From assembly GCA_963664115.2 (NCBI GenBank), contig CAXWPJ010000009.1:160001-224000 (forward strand): DNA of 64,000 nt. Reading direction: 5' to 3'. Under the pieces are notes generated by a model, which was not told the DNA's origin, ran no database searches, and saw only the letters and a list, made by a program, of their open reading frames with translations. The position numbers and the translations under genes were made by a program. The DNA comes from Terriglobia bacterium. Its GTDB lineage: Bacteria > Acidobacteriota > Terriglobia > 20CM-2-55-15. The first letter of the stretch is position 1. Each line of letters starts with the position of its first letter. Below are positions 1 to 9,800 of the stretch, piece after piece.

Positions 1-387
1 AGCAACCGTCATGTGCGAAATGCCGCCCAACTCGGCTGCCAATTTACGCGAGGACCAATGAGTCGATCCGTCGGCGGGTTTGTGTTTCGTAGTTCTCGCC
101 AGCACGCGCGCCTCAATCCGATCCGTCACCTTGTAGCGCTCGCGCCCGGCGTGGCGCGCAAACAACCCCGCAAGCCGATCCGAAGTAAATCGCTTGCTCC
201 ACCGCGCAATATAGCTGTCGCTGCAGTCGAGTTTCGCTCGAATCTCGGCCCAAGTGAATCCATCGGCCAGCAACAGAATCAAACGCGCATGTCGTGCCGA
301 GTCAGCACGACCGTTTCTTGTACCCGATTGCCGGTGAAGTTCCATACGCTCGCTTCTAGTCAGTTTCATCATGCCCTCGTCAGACAT
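1..387 (-). CDS. IS630-family transposase, N-terminal part (not in ORF track; no stop inside the window)
   Basis: My translation from ATG 387: MSDEGMMKLTRSERMELHRQ...ARHARLILLLADG...IARWSKRF...KPADGSTHWSSRKLAAELGGISHMTVA. This has the RxRxILL and THWS HTH motifs of IS630 transposases. Confidence 0.85.
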   Translation of the reverse strand, partial: MSDEGMMKLTRSERMELHRQSGTRNGRADSARHARLILLLADGFTWAEIRAKLDCSDSYIARWSKRFTSDRLAGLFARHAGRERYKVTDRIEARVLARTTKHKPADGSTHWSSRKLAAELGGISHMTVA

Positions 388-420
388 GATACTACCGATT
401 CATATGTTACAGTACACTAG
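1..420 (-). mobile_element. IS630-family element (variant C), left end only; continues beyond the window start
   Basis: Terminus ...GTTACAGTACACTAG ends in CTAG (417-420), like the other IS630 ends here, and the element carries a transposase N-terminus on the minus strand. Confidence 0.85.
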
Positions 421-429
421 GAGTACAAC

Positions 430-2013
430 TTGAAAAAGATCGAGCGGGCGCTCATCAGCGTTTTCGATAAACGCGGAATCGCAGATTTCGCGCGTGCACT
501 CAGGAACATGGGGGTCGAGATACTCTCTACCGGGGGCACCGCGCGTTTGCTGGCCGAGGAAGGCATCGAAGTTCGAGAGGTCTCCGAGATCACCGGCTTC
601 CCTGAAGTTCTCGACGGCCGCGTGAAAACGCTGCACCCGCGCATTCACGCTGGCATCCTGGCCATTCGGGAAAATCAAGACCATCAGGCGCAACTCGACG
701 AACACAACATCGGATACATCGACCTGATATGCGTGAACCTCTACCCTTTCGTCGAAACCACTCGCAAAGCCGGCGCGAGTTTCGAAGACATCATCGAGAA
801 CATCGACATCGGAGGGCCCTCAATGTTGCGCGCGGGTTCGAAGAATTTCAATGACGTTGCCGTAGTTACTGACCCGGATGACTATCCGGCCATCATTCAG
901 GAACTGGACCAGGGGGGCGGCAGGCTGTCTCCCTCGCGCCTGTTTTCACTGGCACAGAAAAGCTTTGTGCACACCGGGCAGTATGACGGCGCGATCGCTC
1001 AGTACTTGTCTCAAGTGAACTGGGAGGACGACGGGCCTGTCCTGCCCGGGGAAAACCTCTTTCCGCCGAAGTTGTTCATGGACTTCGAACGGGTTTCTGA
1101 GCTCCGCTACGGGGAAAACCCCCACCAGAGCGCCGCGTTCTACCGTTGGGGGTCCGAATCCGTTCATGGACTGGCAGCCGCCCGGCAACTCCAGGGAAAA
1201 GCACTTTCCTACAACAATCTGGTGGACCTCCAGGCAGCCTGGGCCCTGATCTTTGAATTTGAAGATCCGGCGTGCGCGATCCTCAAACATACGAATCCCT
1301 GCGGCGCGGCCCTGGGAAGTGACCTTGCCGACGCTTACCTGAAAGCGCTGGATGCCGATCCCGTGTCGGCCTTTGGATCGATCATTGCGGTCAATCGCAC
1401 CCTGGATGGGGCAACCGCCGAGCAGATGGCAAAGCTTTTCGTTGAAGCCATCATCGCCCCCGCGATCACAGACGAAGCCAAAGAGGTCTTTGCCCAAAAG
1501 AAAAATCTGCGCGTCCTGGAACTCAAGGACCGTAGAGCCCCTCGAGGCACCGCTGGCCTGGAAATACGCCGTGTGCTGGGTGGCATTTTGGTGCAGAACA
1601 CCGATGTGTCCAACGAGTTAGACGACCCGTCTGTCAGGGTGGTCACCCCACGGGAACCGTCCGAGGCCGAATGGCGCGACCTGCGCTTTGCATGGAAGGT
1701 GGCACGGCACGTTAAATCCAACGCAATCGTCCTTGCCTCCAACGGACGCACATCAGGTGTTGGAGCAGGGCAAATGAGTCGTATCGACTCGGTCAATATC
1801 AGTGTCGAAAAAGCCCGTCCGAGTGCTGTGGGAACCGTTATGGCGTCGGACGCGTTCTTTCCGTTTCGGGATGGCTTGGACGCTGCGGCGGCAGCGGGAA
1901 TCCGTGCCGTGATACAGCCCGGGGGGTCGCGTCGTGACGAAGAAGTGATCGCGGCGGCCACCGAACACGACATCGCGATGGTCTTCACCGGAACCCGGCA
2001 TTTCAAACACTGA
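430..2013 (+). CDS. purH: bifunctional AICAR transformylase/IMP cyclohydrolase
   Basis: Motifs RALISVFDK, LSTGGTA, GRVKTLHP, ENIDIGGPSMLR, LRYGENPHQ, KHTNPCG, SDAFFPF, IQPGGS and C-terminal RHFKH. TTG start follows AGGAG. Confidence 0.98.
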   Translation: MKKIERALISVFDKRGIADFARALRNMGVEILSTGGTARLLAEEGIEVREVSEITGFPEVLDGRVKTLHPRIHAGILAIRENQDHQAQLDEHNIGYIDLICVNLYPFVETTRKAGASFEDIIENIDIGGPSMLRAGSKNFNDVAVVTDPDDYPAIIQELDQGGGRLSPSRLFSLAQKSFVHTGQYDGAIAQYLSQVNWEDDGPVLPGENLFPPKLFMDFERVSELRYGENPHQSAAFYRWGSESVHGLAAARQLQGKALSYNNLVDLQAAWALIFEFEDPACAILKHTNPCGAALGSDLADAYLKALDADPVSAFGSIIAVNRTLDGATAEQMAKLFVEAIIAPAITDEAKEVFAQKKNLRVLELKDRRAPRGTAGLEIRRVLGGILVQNTDVSNELDDPSVRVVTPREPSEAEWRDLRFAWKVARHVKSNAIVLASNGRTSGVGAGQMSRIDSVNISVEKARPSAVGTVMASDAFFPFRDGLDAAAAAGIRAVIQPGGSRRDEEVIAAATEHDIAMVFTGTRHFKH

Positions 2014-2199
2014 AAAATAGGGTCAGAGCCCTAATTCCCCAATTTCACGCCGGCTTGCTTCTCGTTCGCGAATCGGGAAGTAGAGATCGGGTGCCATTTT
2101 CTCCTGCCCGCGATCCAATCAATACATGAAGAAATAGTCATGTCGACATATAATGAACAAAATTCGAAGATTGTTGACCGGCTGATTGGATCGAGAACT

Positions 2200-4158
2200 A
2201 TGAAAACACTCCTTTCAGGCCTGCTCGCAGGCCTCCTGGTATCGGTGCTCACCGTAACACCAGGATTCTCCCAGCCTCAGGAAGGGGTGCCGTCGTCGGC
2301 CGAAGCCTACTATCACTTTGCGATTGGCCGGACGCTTGAGGCCGAAGGCGATTGGGAAGGGGCCCTGGACGAATACGAGCAGGCACTGGCAATTGATCCA
2401 ACCAACTCAGCCGTCTACTCGGAAATGGCGGCCAGCTTTTTCCGCCACCAGCAGGTGCGGGATGCTATCGACTATGCGGAGCGGGCAATCCGCGCTGATG
2501 CCGACAACCTGGATGCCCATCAACTCCTCAGCTCGATATATACGGGACTCCTGAACGACGCCACAGACGGACGTGGAGTCGCTCCCGAAATCGTGGATCG
2601 TGCAATTGAGGAACTCGAAGAAGTAGTTCGCCTGGATCCAACCGAGCGGGACGCATATCTGATGCTCGGACGCCTGTATCGATTCCGGGACGAACCCGAA
2701 CGGGCCGCCCAGGTCTACCGAGACGTTCTGGAAATCTCTCCCGATTCTGAAGAAGGTGCGATCTCGCTCGCCGAGCTACAACTGGAATCCGGCAACGTGG
2801 ACGAGGCTGTCGAAATACTCCGGGAATTCTCTGAAGACCAGGGCGATTCTCGCGCTGTCCTCGCTCTCCTGGGACAGGCCTACATACGCGCCGAGGACTG
2901 GGACAATGCAGCCACGACCTACACGAAGGCCCTGGTTCTGGATCCCGAAGATGCCGATCTCCTCCGGGAAACAGCCCGAGCGCTGCTCATTTCGGGACGC
3001 CTGGAGGACGCAGCCCGGCGCTATGAAGAGCTGATTGCATTGGAACCGAACGACCCGATTGCTCATTTGCGGCTCGGACAGATCGAACGCCAGCGGATGA
3101 ATTTTGAAACAGCGCGGGATCATCTCGAAGAGGCCAACCGACTGGTGCCGAACAGTCCTGAGATTCAGTTCGATATGGCCTTGCTGGAACGCGACGAAGG
3201 AAACTTCGAAGAGAGCCTCACCCAGCTCAAACAGCTGCTAGAGGACACCCAACGGCCTAACGGCCGCTACACCGAAGGTGAACGCGGGAACCGAAGAATC
3301 TTTTTGACTAACGTCGCCCTGCTTCAAACCCGTCTTGAAACATTCGACGATGCGGTCGATACATTCGATCAGATGAAGGATCTCACGTCGAACAGGGACG
3401 GAACGATCGAGTCGTACATTGTCGAGACCTATCAGACCGCGGGACAATTGGATCGTGCACTCCAGTTCTGCAATGAAGCTCTGGATGTATTTCCGGCAAA
3501 TCCGCAGTTGCGACTGCAGCGCGCTGATCTGATCGCAGAACAGGGCCGGGTTGAGGCAGCCCTGGAACTGCTCCAGGCGATGGCAGCGGCCGAAGAAAAC
3601 AACTTTGGTATTTACTCGACCATGTTCTCGATTCATGAACGGACGGGCAACTATGAGGGTGCAGAAGAAGTCCTCGACGAAATGCTGGAGCGCTTCGAGA
3701 ATCGAGAGGAAGTCTACTTCCTGCAGGGAGCCCTCCACGAGAAGCAACGGCAATACGCGGATGCGGAAGCCGCTTTCCGGATGGCGTTGGACATCAATGC
3801 CGACAACCCCGCTGTACTCAACTATCTCGGCTATATGCTGGCCAACAACAACAGCAAACTCGAAGAAGCATTGGCGATGATTGAGATCGCTGTTGCCGCG
3901 GATCCGATAAACGGAGCGTATCTCGACAGCCTTGGGTGGGCATACTACAGGCTGGATGAACTCGAACTGGCGGAACGCTACCTCAAGCGGGCGGTCATTT
4001 TTTCACCTAAGGATCCCGACCTGCACGAACATCTGGGTGACCTCTACCTCCTGACGGGCCGCTCCACCGAAGCCCGGGCTTCATATGAACGATCCCTCGA
4101 GTTGGCCGAGGAACCGGAAGAGCAGGCAGCGGTTCAGGAAAAGCTCAACGGATTGTAG
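2200..4158 (+). CDS. exported tetratricopeptide-repeat protein
   Basis: Signal peptide from ATG 2200 (MKTLLSGLLAGLLVSVL...), then many TPR units. The C-terminal LNYLGYMLA...YLDSLGWAYY...EHLGDLY segment is typical of periplasmic TPR proteins. Confidence 0.9.
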   Translation: MKTLLSGLLAGLLVSVLTVTPGFSQPQEGVPSSAEAYYHFAIGRTLEAEGDWEGALDEYEQALAIDPTNSAVYSEMAASFFRHQQVRDAIDYAERAIRADADNLDAHQLLSSIYTGLLNDATDGRGVAPEIVDRAIEELEEVVRLDPTERDAYLMLGRLYRFRDEPERAAQVYRDVLEISPDSEEGAISLAELQLESGNVDEAVEILREFSEDQGDSRAVLALLGQAYIRAEDWDNAATTYTKALVLDPEDADLLRETARALLISGRLEDAARRYEELIALEPNDPIAHLRLGQIERQRMNFETARDHLEEANRLVPNSPEIQFDMALLERDEGNFEESLTQLKQLLEDTQRPNGRYTEGERGNRRIFLTNVALLQTRLETFDDAVDTFDQMKDLTSNRDGTIESYIVETYQTAGQLDRALQFCNEALDVFPANPQLRLQRADLIAEQGRVEAALELLQAMAAAEENNFGIYSTMFSIHERTGNYEGAEEVLDEMLERFENREEVYFLQGALHEKQRQYADAEAAFRMALDINADNPAVLNYLGYMLANNNSKLEEALAMIEIAVAADPINGAYLDSLGWAYYRLDELELAERYLKRAVIFSPKDPDLHEHLGDLYLLTGRSTEARASYERSLELAEEPEEQAAVQEKLNGL

Positions 4159-4244
4159 TGGCACCGACCACGCATAGCGGGACCGATAACAGGCCTGGTA
4201 CAAGTCCATTAGTCCCATAGCGACCCGGCAAATCCCATTTAGCC

Positions 4245-4832
4245 GTGAACTCTTTAGCCCCCAACACTGTCCTTAAAAGTAGCGACCAGGACCAAGTTGT
4301 TCCTGCAGCAGCAGTTGGCTCTATCGATTTCGAACTGGCCGCCGAAGAACATCGACCGTACCTGATGCGCATCGCGGTCGCTTCCACCCGGAACGTGGCT
4401 GACGCTGAAGACGTCGTCCAGGAAGCACTGATGCGAGCCCACCGCGGACTCAAAAATTTCCGCGGTGATTGTCCGCTCCGGATGTGGATGGCGAGGATCG
4501 TTGTACGAGTCTCGATCAACCACCGTAAGAGTTTCATGCGGATGATCAAACGGTGGACGTTTTTCAGCGACCTTGAAAGGGAAGATTCCGACGGACAGGT
4601 CCGCACGTTTGATGCCGCCGACGGATCAAACCGCATCGACCGTGAGGCACTGATTGATGTGGACCGGCAGATGAAGCGCTTGCCCCAGGAATTCCGGGTA
4701 CCGCTGCTGATGCTGGCGGTGAAAGGTATGACCATTCCCGAAATCGCGGAAATCCTTCAGATCCCCGAAGGTACTGTGAAGTCGCGGATTTTCTACGGGA
4801 GAAAGCGCCTCAAGAAGGCCTTAAAACTATGA
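4245..4832 (+). CDS. ECF-type RNA polymerase sigma factor
   Basis: Region 2 DAEDVVQEALMRA...W; region 4 EIAEILQIPEGTVKSRIFYGR. Confidence 0.93.
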   Translation: MNSLAPNTVLKSSDQDQVVPAAAVGSIDFELAAEEHRPYLMRIAVASTRNVADAEDVVQEALMRAHRGLKNFRGDCPLRMWMARIVVRVSINHRKSFMRMIKRWTFFSDLEREDSDGQVRTFDAADGSNRIDREALIDVDRQMKRLPQEFRVPLLMLAVKGMTIPEIAEILQIPEGTVKSRIFYGRKRLKKALKL

Positions 4833-5668
4833 GCAACGATTGTCATTGGGTCGAGTCCCGACTGGAAGATTTTCTCTCCGATAATGCCGATTCGGAAGTC
4901 CGAGCGCGCGTCGAATCACACATCGAAACCTGCGATGCGTGCCGACAGGAGGTGGAAGGATACGGTGAGGTCAACAACCGGGTTCGGGCTTATTTTGAAC
5001 ATCAACTGGCCCGGGCGGAGGGTGGAACCCGCCTGAGCCTTCGACCGATCCGCCTGGCAGGAGCTTTCGCAGGTGCCGGAGCCATTGCCCTCGCGCTCTG
5101 GATGGGAATGGGCATGCCTGATCCGGAATTGGCACCCACGCTTGAACAGGCAGCGCTTGGAGACGCTACTGATGAGGGCCTTGTTATGAAGGCCGCTGAA
5201 GGAGGGGAGGCTCTTAGGGCCAAGCCTGCAGAGGGTGAAACGACCCCCGAACTTGATTTCCCGACGACGGATTCCAATGCCGTCGCTGCCCGGCCCCCAG
5301 GAGCAAATGCAGATTTCTACGTCACCGACACGGCCGGCTATTCGCAGACCTTGGCAGACTACTCGGGATCGATACTCGTCCTGGGAGTTTTCGGCGAAAA
5401 CGGGTATGACGCCTTCGAAGAGGCTCATGCCGCCTACGGATCGGACGCCCGCTTCAACTTTGTCGGCGTAGCTTTGAATTCCGACATACGCCCGGCAAAC
5501 ATCACATTTCCGTTGGTGTCCAACCGCGGCTCCTCGCTGATGGGAACGCCGGCAGGAACGTTCACGATCGTGGGGCCGGATGGGGCCATAATGCGGCGTG
5601 GATTGTTCGATGTGGATTCGCTGGTCGACGTTCTGGGGTCCAGTCTCGAGGAGTTGGGAGCGCGTTAG
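4829..5668 (+). CDS. ZAS (zf-HC2) anti-sigma factor with one TM helix and a redoxin-like C-terminal domain
   Basis: Overlaps the sigma stop (ATGA). HxxxCxxC motif (HIETCDAC), a hydrophobic helix, then DFYVTDTAGYSQTLADYSGSILVLGVF, which resembles a TlpA/AhpC N-terminus. Confidence 0.85.
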   Translation: MSNDCHWVESRLEDFLSDNADSEVRARVESHIETCDACRQEVEGYGEVNNRVRAYFEHQLARAEGGTRLSLRPIRLAGAFAGAGAIALALWMGMGMPDPELAPTLEQAALGDATDEGLVMKAAEGGEALRAKPAEGETTPELDFPTTDSNAVAARPPGANADFYVTDTAGYSQTLADYSGSILVLGVFGENGYDAFEEAHAAYGSDARFNFVGVALNSDIRPANITFPLVSNRGSSLMGTPAGTFTIVGPDGAIMRRGLFDVDSLVDVLGSSLEELGAR

Positions 5669-5690
5669 GGTCGTGGGTAGGAATTCGGTG

Positions 5691-6847
5691 CTAGTGTACC
5701 CCGCTCGAAGTAATGTAACTAAAATAGCTTTCCAACGTCCAATAGAGAATGAGGAAAGCACCGACCATTGAATTGGATGACAAGCAGCGGATGGAGTTGG
5801 AGCGACTGAGTCGAAGCCGGAGTACATCGGTCCGGTTGGCGGAACGATCCCGAATTGTATTACTGGCCGCTGAAGGTCGGAACAATTATGAGATCGCCGC
5901 CCGCTTGGAGATCACGCGCCAGAAAGCGGGCCGCTGGCGCAATCGTTTTGTGGAACAGGGCTTGGCTGGGATCGAAAAGGATGCGCCGCGAAGCGGACGG
6001 ATTCCCACGATCAGTCGCCGGAAGCGAGCCCGGATCGTCAAGAAGACACTGGAAGAGAAGCCCCCGAACGCGACGCACTGGAGTCGGGCCTCGATGGCGA
6101 AGGCCGTTGGCGTGAGCGAGTCCACGGTCGGGAAAATCTGGCGGGTCCATGGACTGAAGCCTCATCTGTCACGAACCTTCAAACTATCCAACGACAAACG
6201 ATTCGCCGAAAAGCTGGAGGATGTGGTCGGTCTGTATCTGAGCCCACCGGAAAACGCCATTGTCTTGTCCTGCGATGAGAAGAGCCAGATGCAGGCCCTG
6301 GACCGCACGCAACCCGGGTTACCTCTGAAGAAGGGGCGGTGTGGCACCATGACCCACGATTACAAACGTAACGGGACAACCACGCTTTTCGCCGCGCTCA
6401 ACATCCTGGACGGTTCGGTCATCGGAACCTGCATGCCAAAGCATCGCCATCAGGAATGGATCCGGTTTCTGAATCAGATCAAACGCGCCATGCCGAAAGA
6501 TAAGGAGATCCACATTATTTGCGACAACTATGCGACTCACAAACATCAGAAAGTCGTCAACTGGCTCAAGCGTAACAAGCGTTTTCATGTGCACTTCACG
6601 CCAACCAGTGCGTCGTGGCTCAACATGGTCGAGCGCTTTTTCCGGGATCTGTCCGAGCAACGACTCCGGCGTGGCGTTTTCCGCTCGGTCCCCGAGTTGA
6701 TCCAGGCCGTGGAGGACTACCTCGCTCGTCACAATGAAGACCCGAAACCCTTCATCTGGACTGCAACGGCTTCCGACATCCTTGCTAAAGTCCAGCGCGG
6801 CCGGCGAAATCTTGATAAGTTACAGTCTGTTTAACGGGGACCACTAG
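5691..6847 (+). mobile_element. IS630-family element, variant A copy 1
   Basis: Imperfect terminal IRs CTAGTGTACCCCG...CGGGGACCACTAG with CTAG at both ends. Protein and ends match the inverted copy at 39390-40546. Confidence 0.96.
5749..6834 (+). CDS. IS630-family DDE transposase
   Basis: Motifs [41 protein letters not shown]. Confidence 0.97.
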   Translation: MRKAPTIELDDKQRMELERLSRSRSTSVRLAERSRIVLLAAEGRNNYEIAARLEITRQKAGRWRNRFVEQGLAGIEKDAPRSGRIPTISRRKRARIVKKTLEEKPPNATHWSRASMAKAVGVSESTVGKIWRVHGLKPHLSRTFKLSNDKRFAEKLEDVVGLYLSPPENAIVLSCDEKSQMQALDRTQPGLPLKKGRCGTMTHDYKRNGTTTLFAALNILDGSVIGTCMPKHRHQEWIRFLNQIKRAMPKDKEIHIICDNYATHKHQKVVNWLKRNKRFHVHFTPTSASWLNMVERFFRDLSEQRLRRGVFRSVPELIQAVEDYLARHNEDPKPFIWTATASDILAKVQRGRRNLDKLQSV

Positions 6848-6852
6848 GCGAA

Positions 6853-9800
6853 GTGCGGGGTTGGGCGTATCTGCGATCGGATGTGGCGCTGGTAGGAAGC
6901 GCGCTGTTGGGGACCGACAACGGATTTGCGCTGGTCAACGTCTCGGGCGCCGTGCTCGAAGCGGACTTCATACCGCCGGCCCAGGTGGTGGGATCGATCA
7001 GCGGCCGGGTGACCCAGGACGGTGTGGGCGTAGCGGAGGTGACGCTCTCCCTGGCGGGGACCCTACAAGCAACCACGGCGAGCGACAGTCAGGGTCGATA
7101 CAACTTTGGACAGTTACCAGCAGGGGAATACACGGTGACGGCCTCGCGTGTGGGGGCCCTGTTCGTACCCGGAGAACGCACGGTGACGCTGGGGCTGGAG
7201 AACGTGACGGACCAGGACTTCCAGGCCGGCGGGGTGATTCCCGCCGAAGTACCGGAGGTGAGGATTATTACGCCGTCGGCGGCGTTTCAAGGGACCGAGT
7301 TGCTGAACCTGACAATCCAGGGAGCAAACTTCAACCCGGCATCGGTGGTGGAGTTTGACGGGGAAGCCCTGCAGACGACGTTTGTGAGCGCGGGTGAGTT
7401 GCAGGCGGTCCTCTCTGCGGACTTGCTGGGAGAGACGGGGTCGGCCGACATACGTGTGGTGACGCCGCCGCCAGGTGGGGGCAGCTCATCGGCGGCTGTG
7501 TTTGTGGTGAACCTGGTGCCGGACAACCCGCTGATCGAAGGCCGGGTGGAGGTGGGTGCGTTTCCCGCTGGAGTGGCCATCGACCCCAACCGGCATATTG
7601 CTCTGGTCAGCAACGAAGGCGCGGACACGGTCTCGGTGATCGATCTGGAGACCTTGGAGGTGACGTCGACGATCGCGGTGGGGCGGAGTCCGGATGAGGG
7701 GATTGCGATTGATTCGGGACGGGATCTGGCCCTTGTGGCCAACGCGGGGGACAACAACGTATCGGTCATCGATCTGGAAACGAACACGGTGACGGGAACG
7801 ATCGATGTGGGCCGTTTTCCCATGGGGATTGCGATCGATCGGGGTGAGGCCGTCGCGATCGTGGTTAATGGAGCCGACGACACCGTCACCTTCATCGATG
7901 TGACGAACAACCAGGTGCTGGGGACGCTGGGTGTCGGGAGCCGGCCGGCCGGCGTGGCGGTCCACGACGGATTGGATATTGCCGTTGTGACCAACCGGGG
8001 ATCGGGTACGGTGAGCTTGATCGATGTGCGGACCCAGACCAGCGTGGGGACGATCGCGGTGGGGGACTTTCCCCGAGGCGTCGCGATCGACGAAGCAAAC
8101 GACCTGGCAGTCGTCGTGAACTCAAACAGCGACAGCGTGAGTCTGATCGATCTCAACGATCGGGAGTTGGTCGGCACGGTGAGTGTGGGGACCGCACCCA
8201 CCGCTGTGGCCATACATGAGGCCACAGGCCATGGCGTGGTGACCAACAGCGGAGTGACACGGGCGACGACGAGTCTGGGAGCGCTGACGACAGCGTCGAT
8301 CGTGAATATCAACAGCGCAGACCGGCTGGAAGACATCCCGGTCGGGAGCGCCGCATTCGGCGTGGCCGTGGATGAGGACCTGCAGCTGGCGGTGGTGGCG
8401 AACTTCGGTAGCAACGATGTGACGGTGATCCGGATTCCGAATCCCATTCCGCGAGTCAGCGATGTATCGCCGAAGACCTTTCCTGCTGGAGGGGGCGAGT
8501 TCACGATCACGGTGAGTGGAACGGGATTCCTGCCGACCTCTGTCGTGACCTTGAACGGAAAAAGTCTCCCGACGACCTTCGTGAGTTCGACGAGGTTGCG
8601 CGCTGTGGTATCGGCCGGCATAGTGGAAGACTTGTTGAACGTGAGTGCGTTGAGCGGCATGAGCGCCTTGAGTTTGAAGGATGCTGATCCACTGGTATCC
8701 GCTCAGCACATCACGGCGGAATTTAACGTCGGAGTTTCGAATCCAGGCCCGGGTGGGGGCCCCTCGCCCGAGCCACCGAACAGCGGAAGCAACGACATCG
8801 AGGTGGAGAACCCGGAACCGATCTTGCGGACGATATCGCCGAGACAGATCGACATCGGTGCCGACGAGTTTGTCTTGAGGTTGAGCGGGCGGAACTTTAA
8901 CCGGACCAGTGTGGTGAATTTCGGTTCGAGTAGGCATTCCGGGTTTGATGTGGACGAGACCTCGATACGAGTGCGGATACCGGGATCGGACCTGGTGATT
9001 GGTGAGACCGCGGTCTCGGTGACGAATCCGGAGCCGGGCGGAGGCACAAGCCGATCGTTGGAGTTCACGGTCACCGATCCGGCGAATCCGGCGCCGGTGA
9101 TCGAATCGGTGGATCCGCGCTCGGTGCCAGCCGGATCGGTGGCCTTGGGTTTGAGCATCGAAGGGAGTGGATTTATTCCCGGCGTGACGACGGTAAGATT
9201 GGATGGGGATAGGCTGGAAGCCACGGTGACGGAGACTTCGATCGATGCAGTGGTTCCGGCCGACTTGTTCGCGGTGCCGGAAACCTTGTCGGGCTTGGTC
9301 TTGAATCCGGAGCCCGGTGGGGGCACGGCGACGTTCTCGATCAACGTACTGAACCCGGAACCGACGATCGCCGGGTTTTCCCCGGAGACGGCAGAAGCGG
9401 GCATCTCCTTAGAGCTGACGGTACGGGGAACCGGGTTTGGACCGGCCTCAGAGATCACCCTCGACGCTACGCCGATCGACACCCGCTATGTGAGTGACAC
9501 CGAGTTGCTGGGTCGGGTCCCGGCCGGCTTATTGGAGAGTGGCGTGGAGCGCCGCATCGGGGTGCACAGTCCGCCGCCGGGCGGGGGCAGCGTGAGCGGT
9601 GGCGTTCTGGCGGTGGTGAATCCGGTTCCCGTTATTGAACGCGTGAACCCGGCCGAGGTGCATGTCGATGACCTGCCCGTGCGAGTCACGGTGCGGGGCA
9701 GCGGATTCTTGCCCAATTCCCGTGTGGAGTTGAATCAGCCGGTCGCGGTCACCGACCTCGAGATTTCAGGTAGCGAGACACTGAGCTTCACGGTGCCGGC

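Noticed and set aside
2018-2033. Hairpin TAGGGT-CAGA-GCCCTA after purH
   Set aside because: A 6-bp stem without a U-tract and with no second copy seen is too weak to call.
4160-4244. Autoregulatory ECF promoter
   Set aside because: Candidate AAC/GGGACC and GTC motifs have implausible spacing.
7287-8660. Long antisense ORFs (e.g. 7287-8660, 24545-25684, 44008-45096, 60824-62212)
   Set aside because: They are shadows of confident genes in GC-rich DNA and carry no recognisable motifs.
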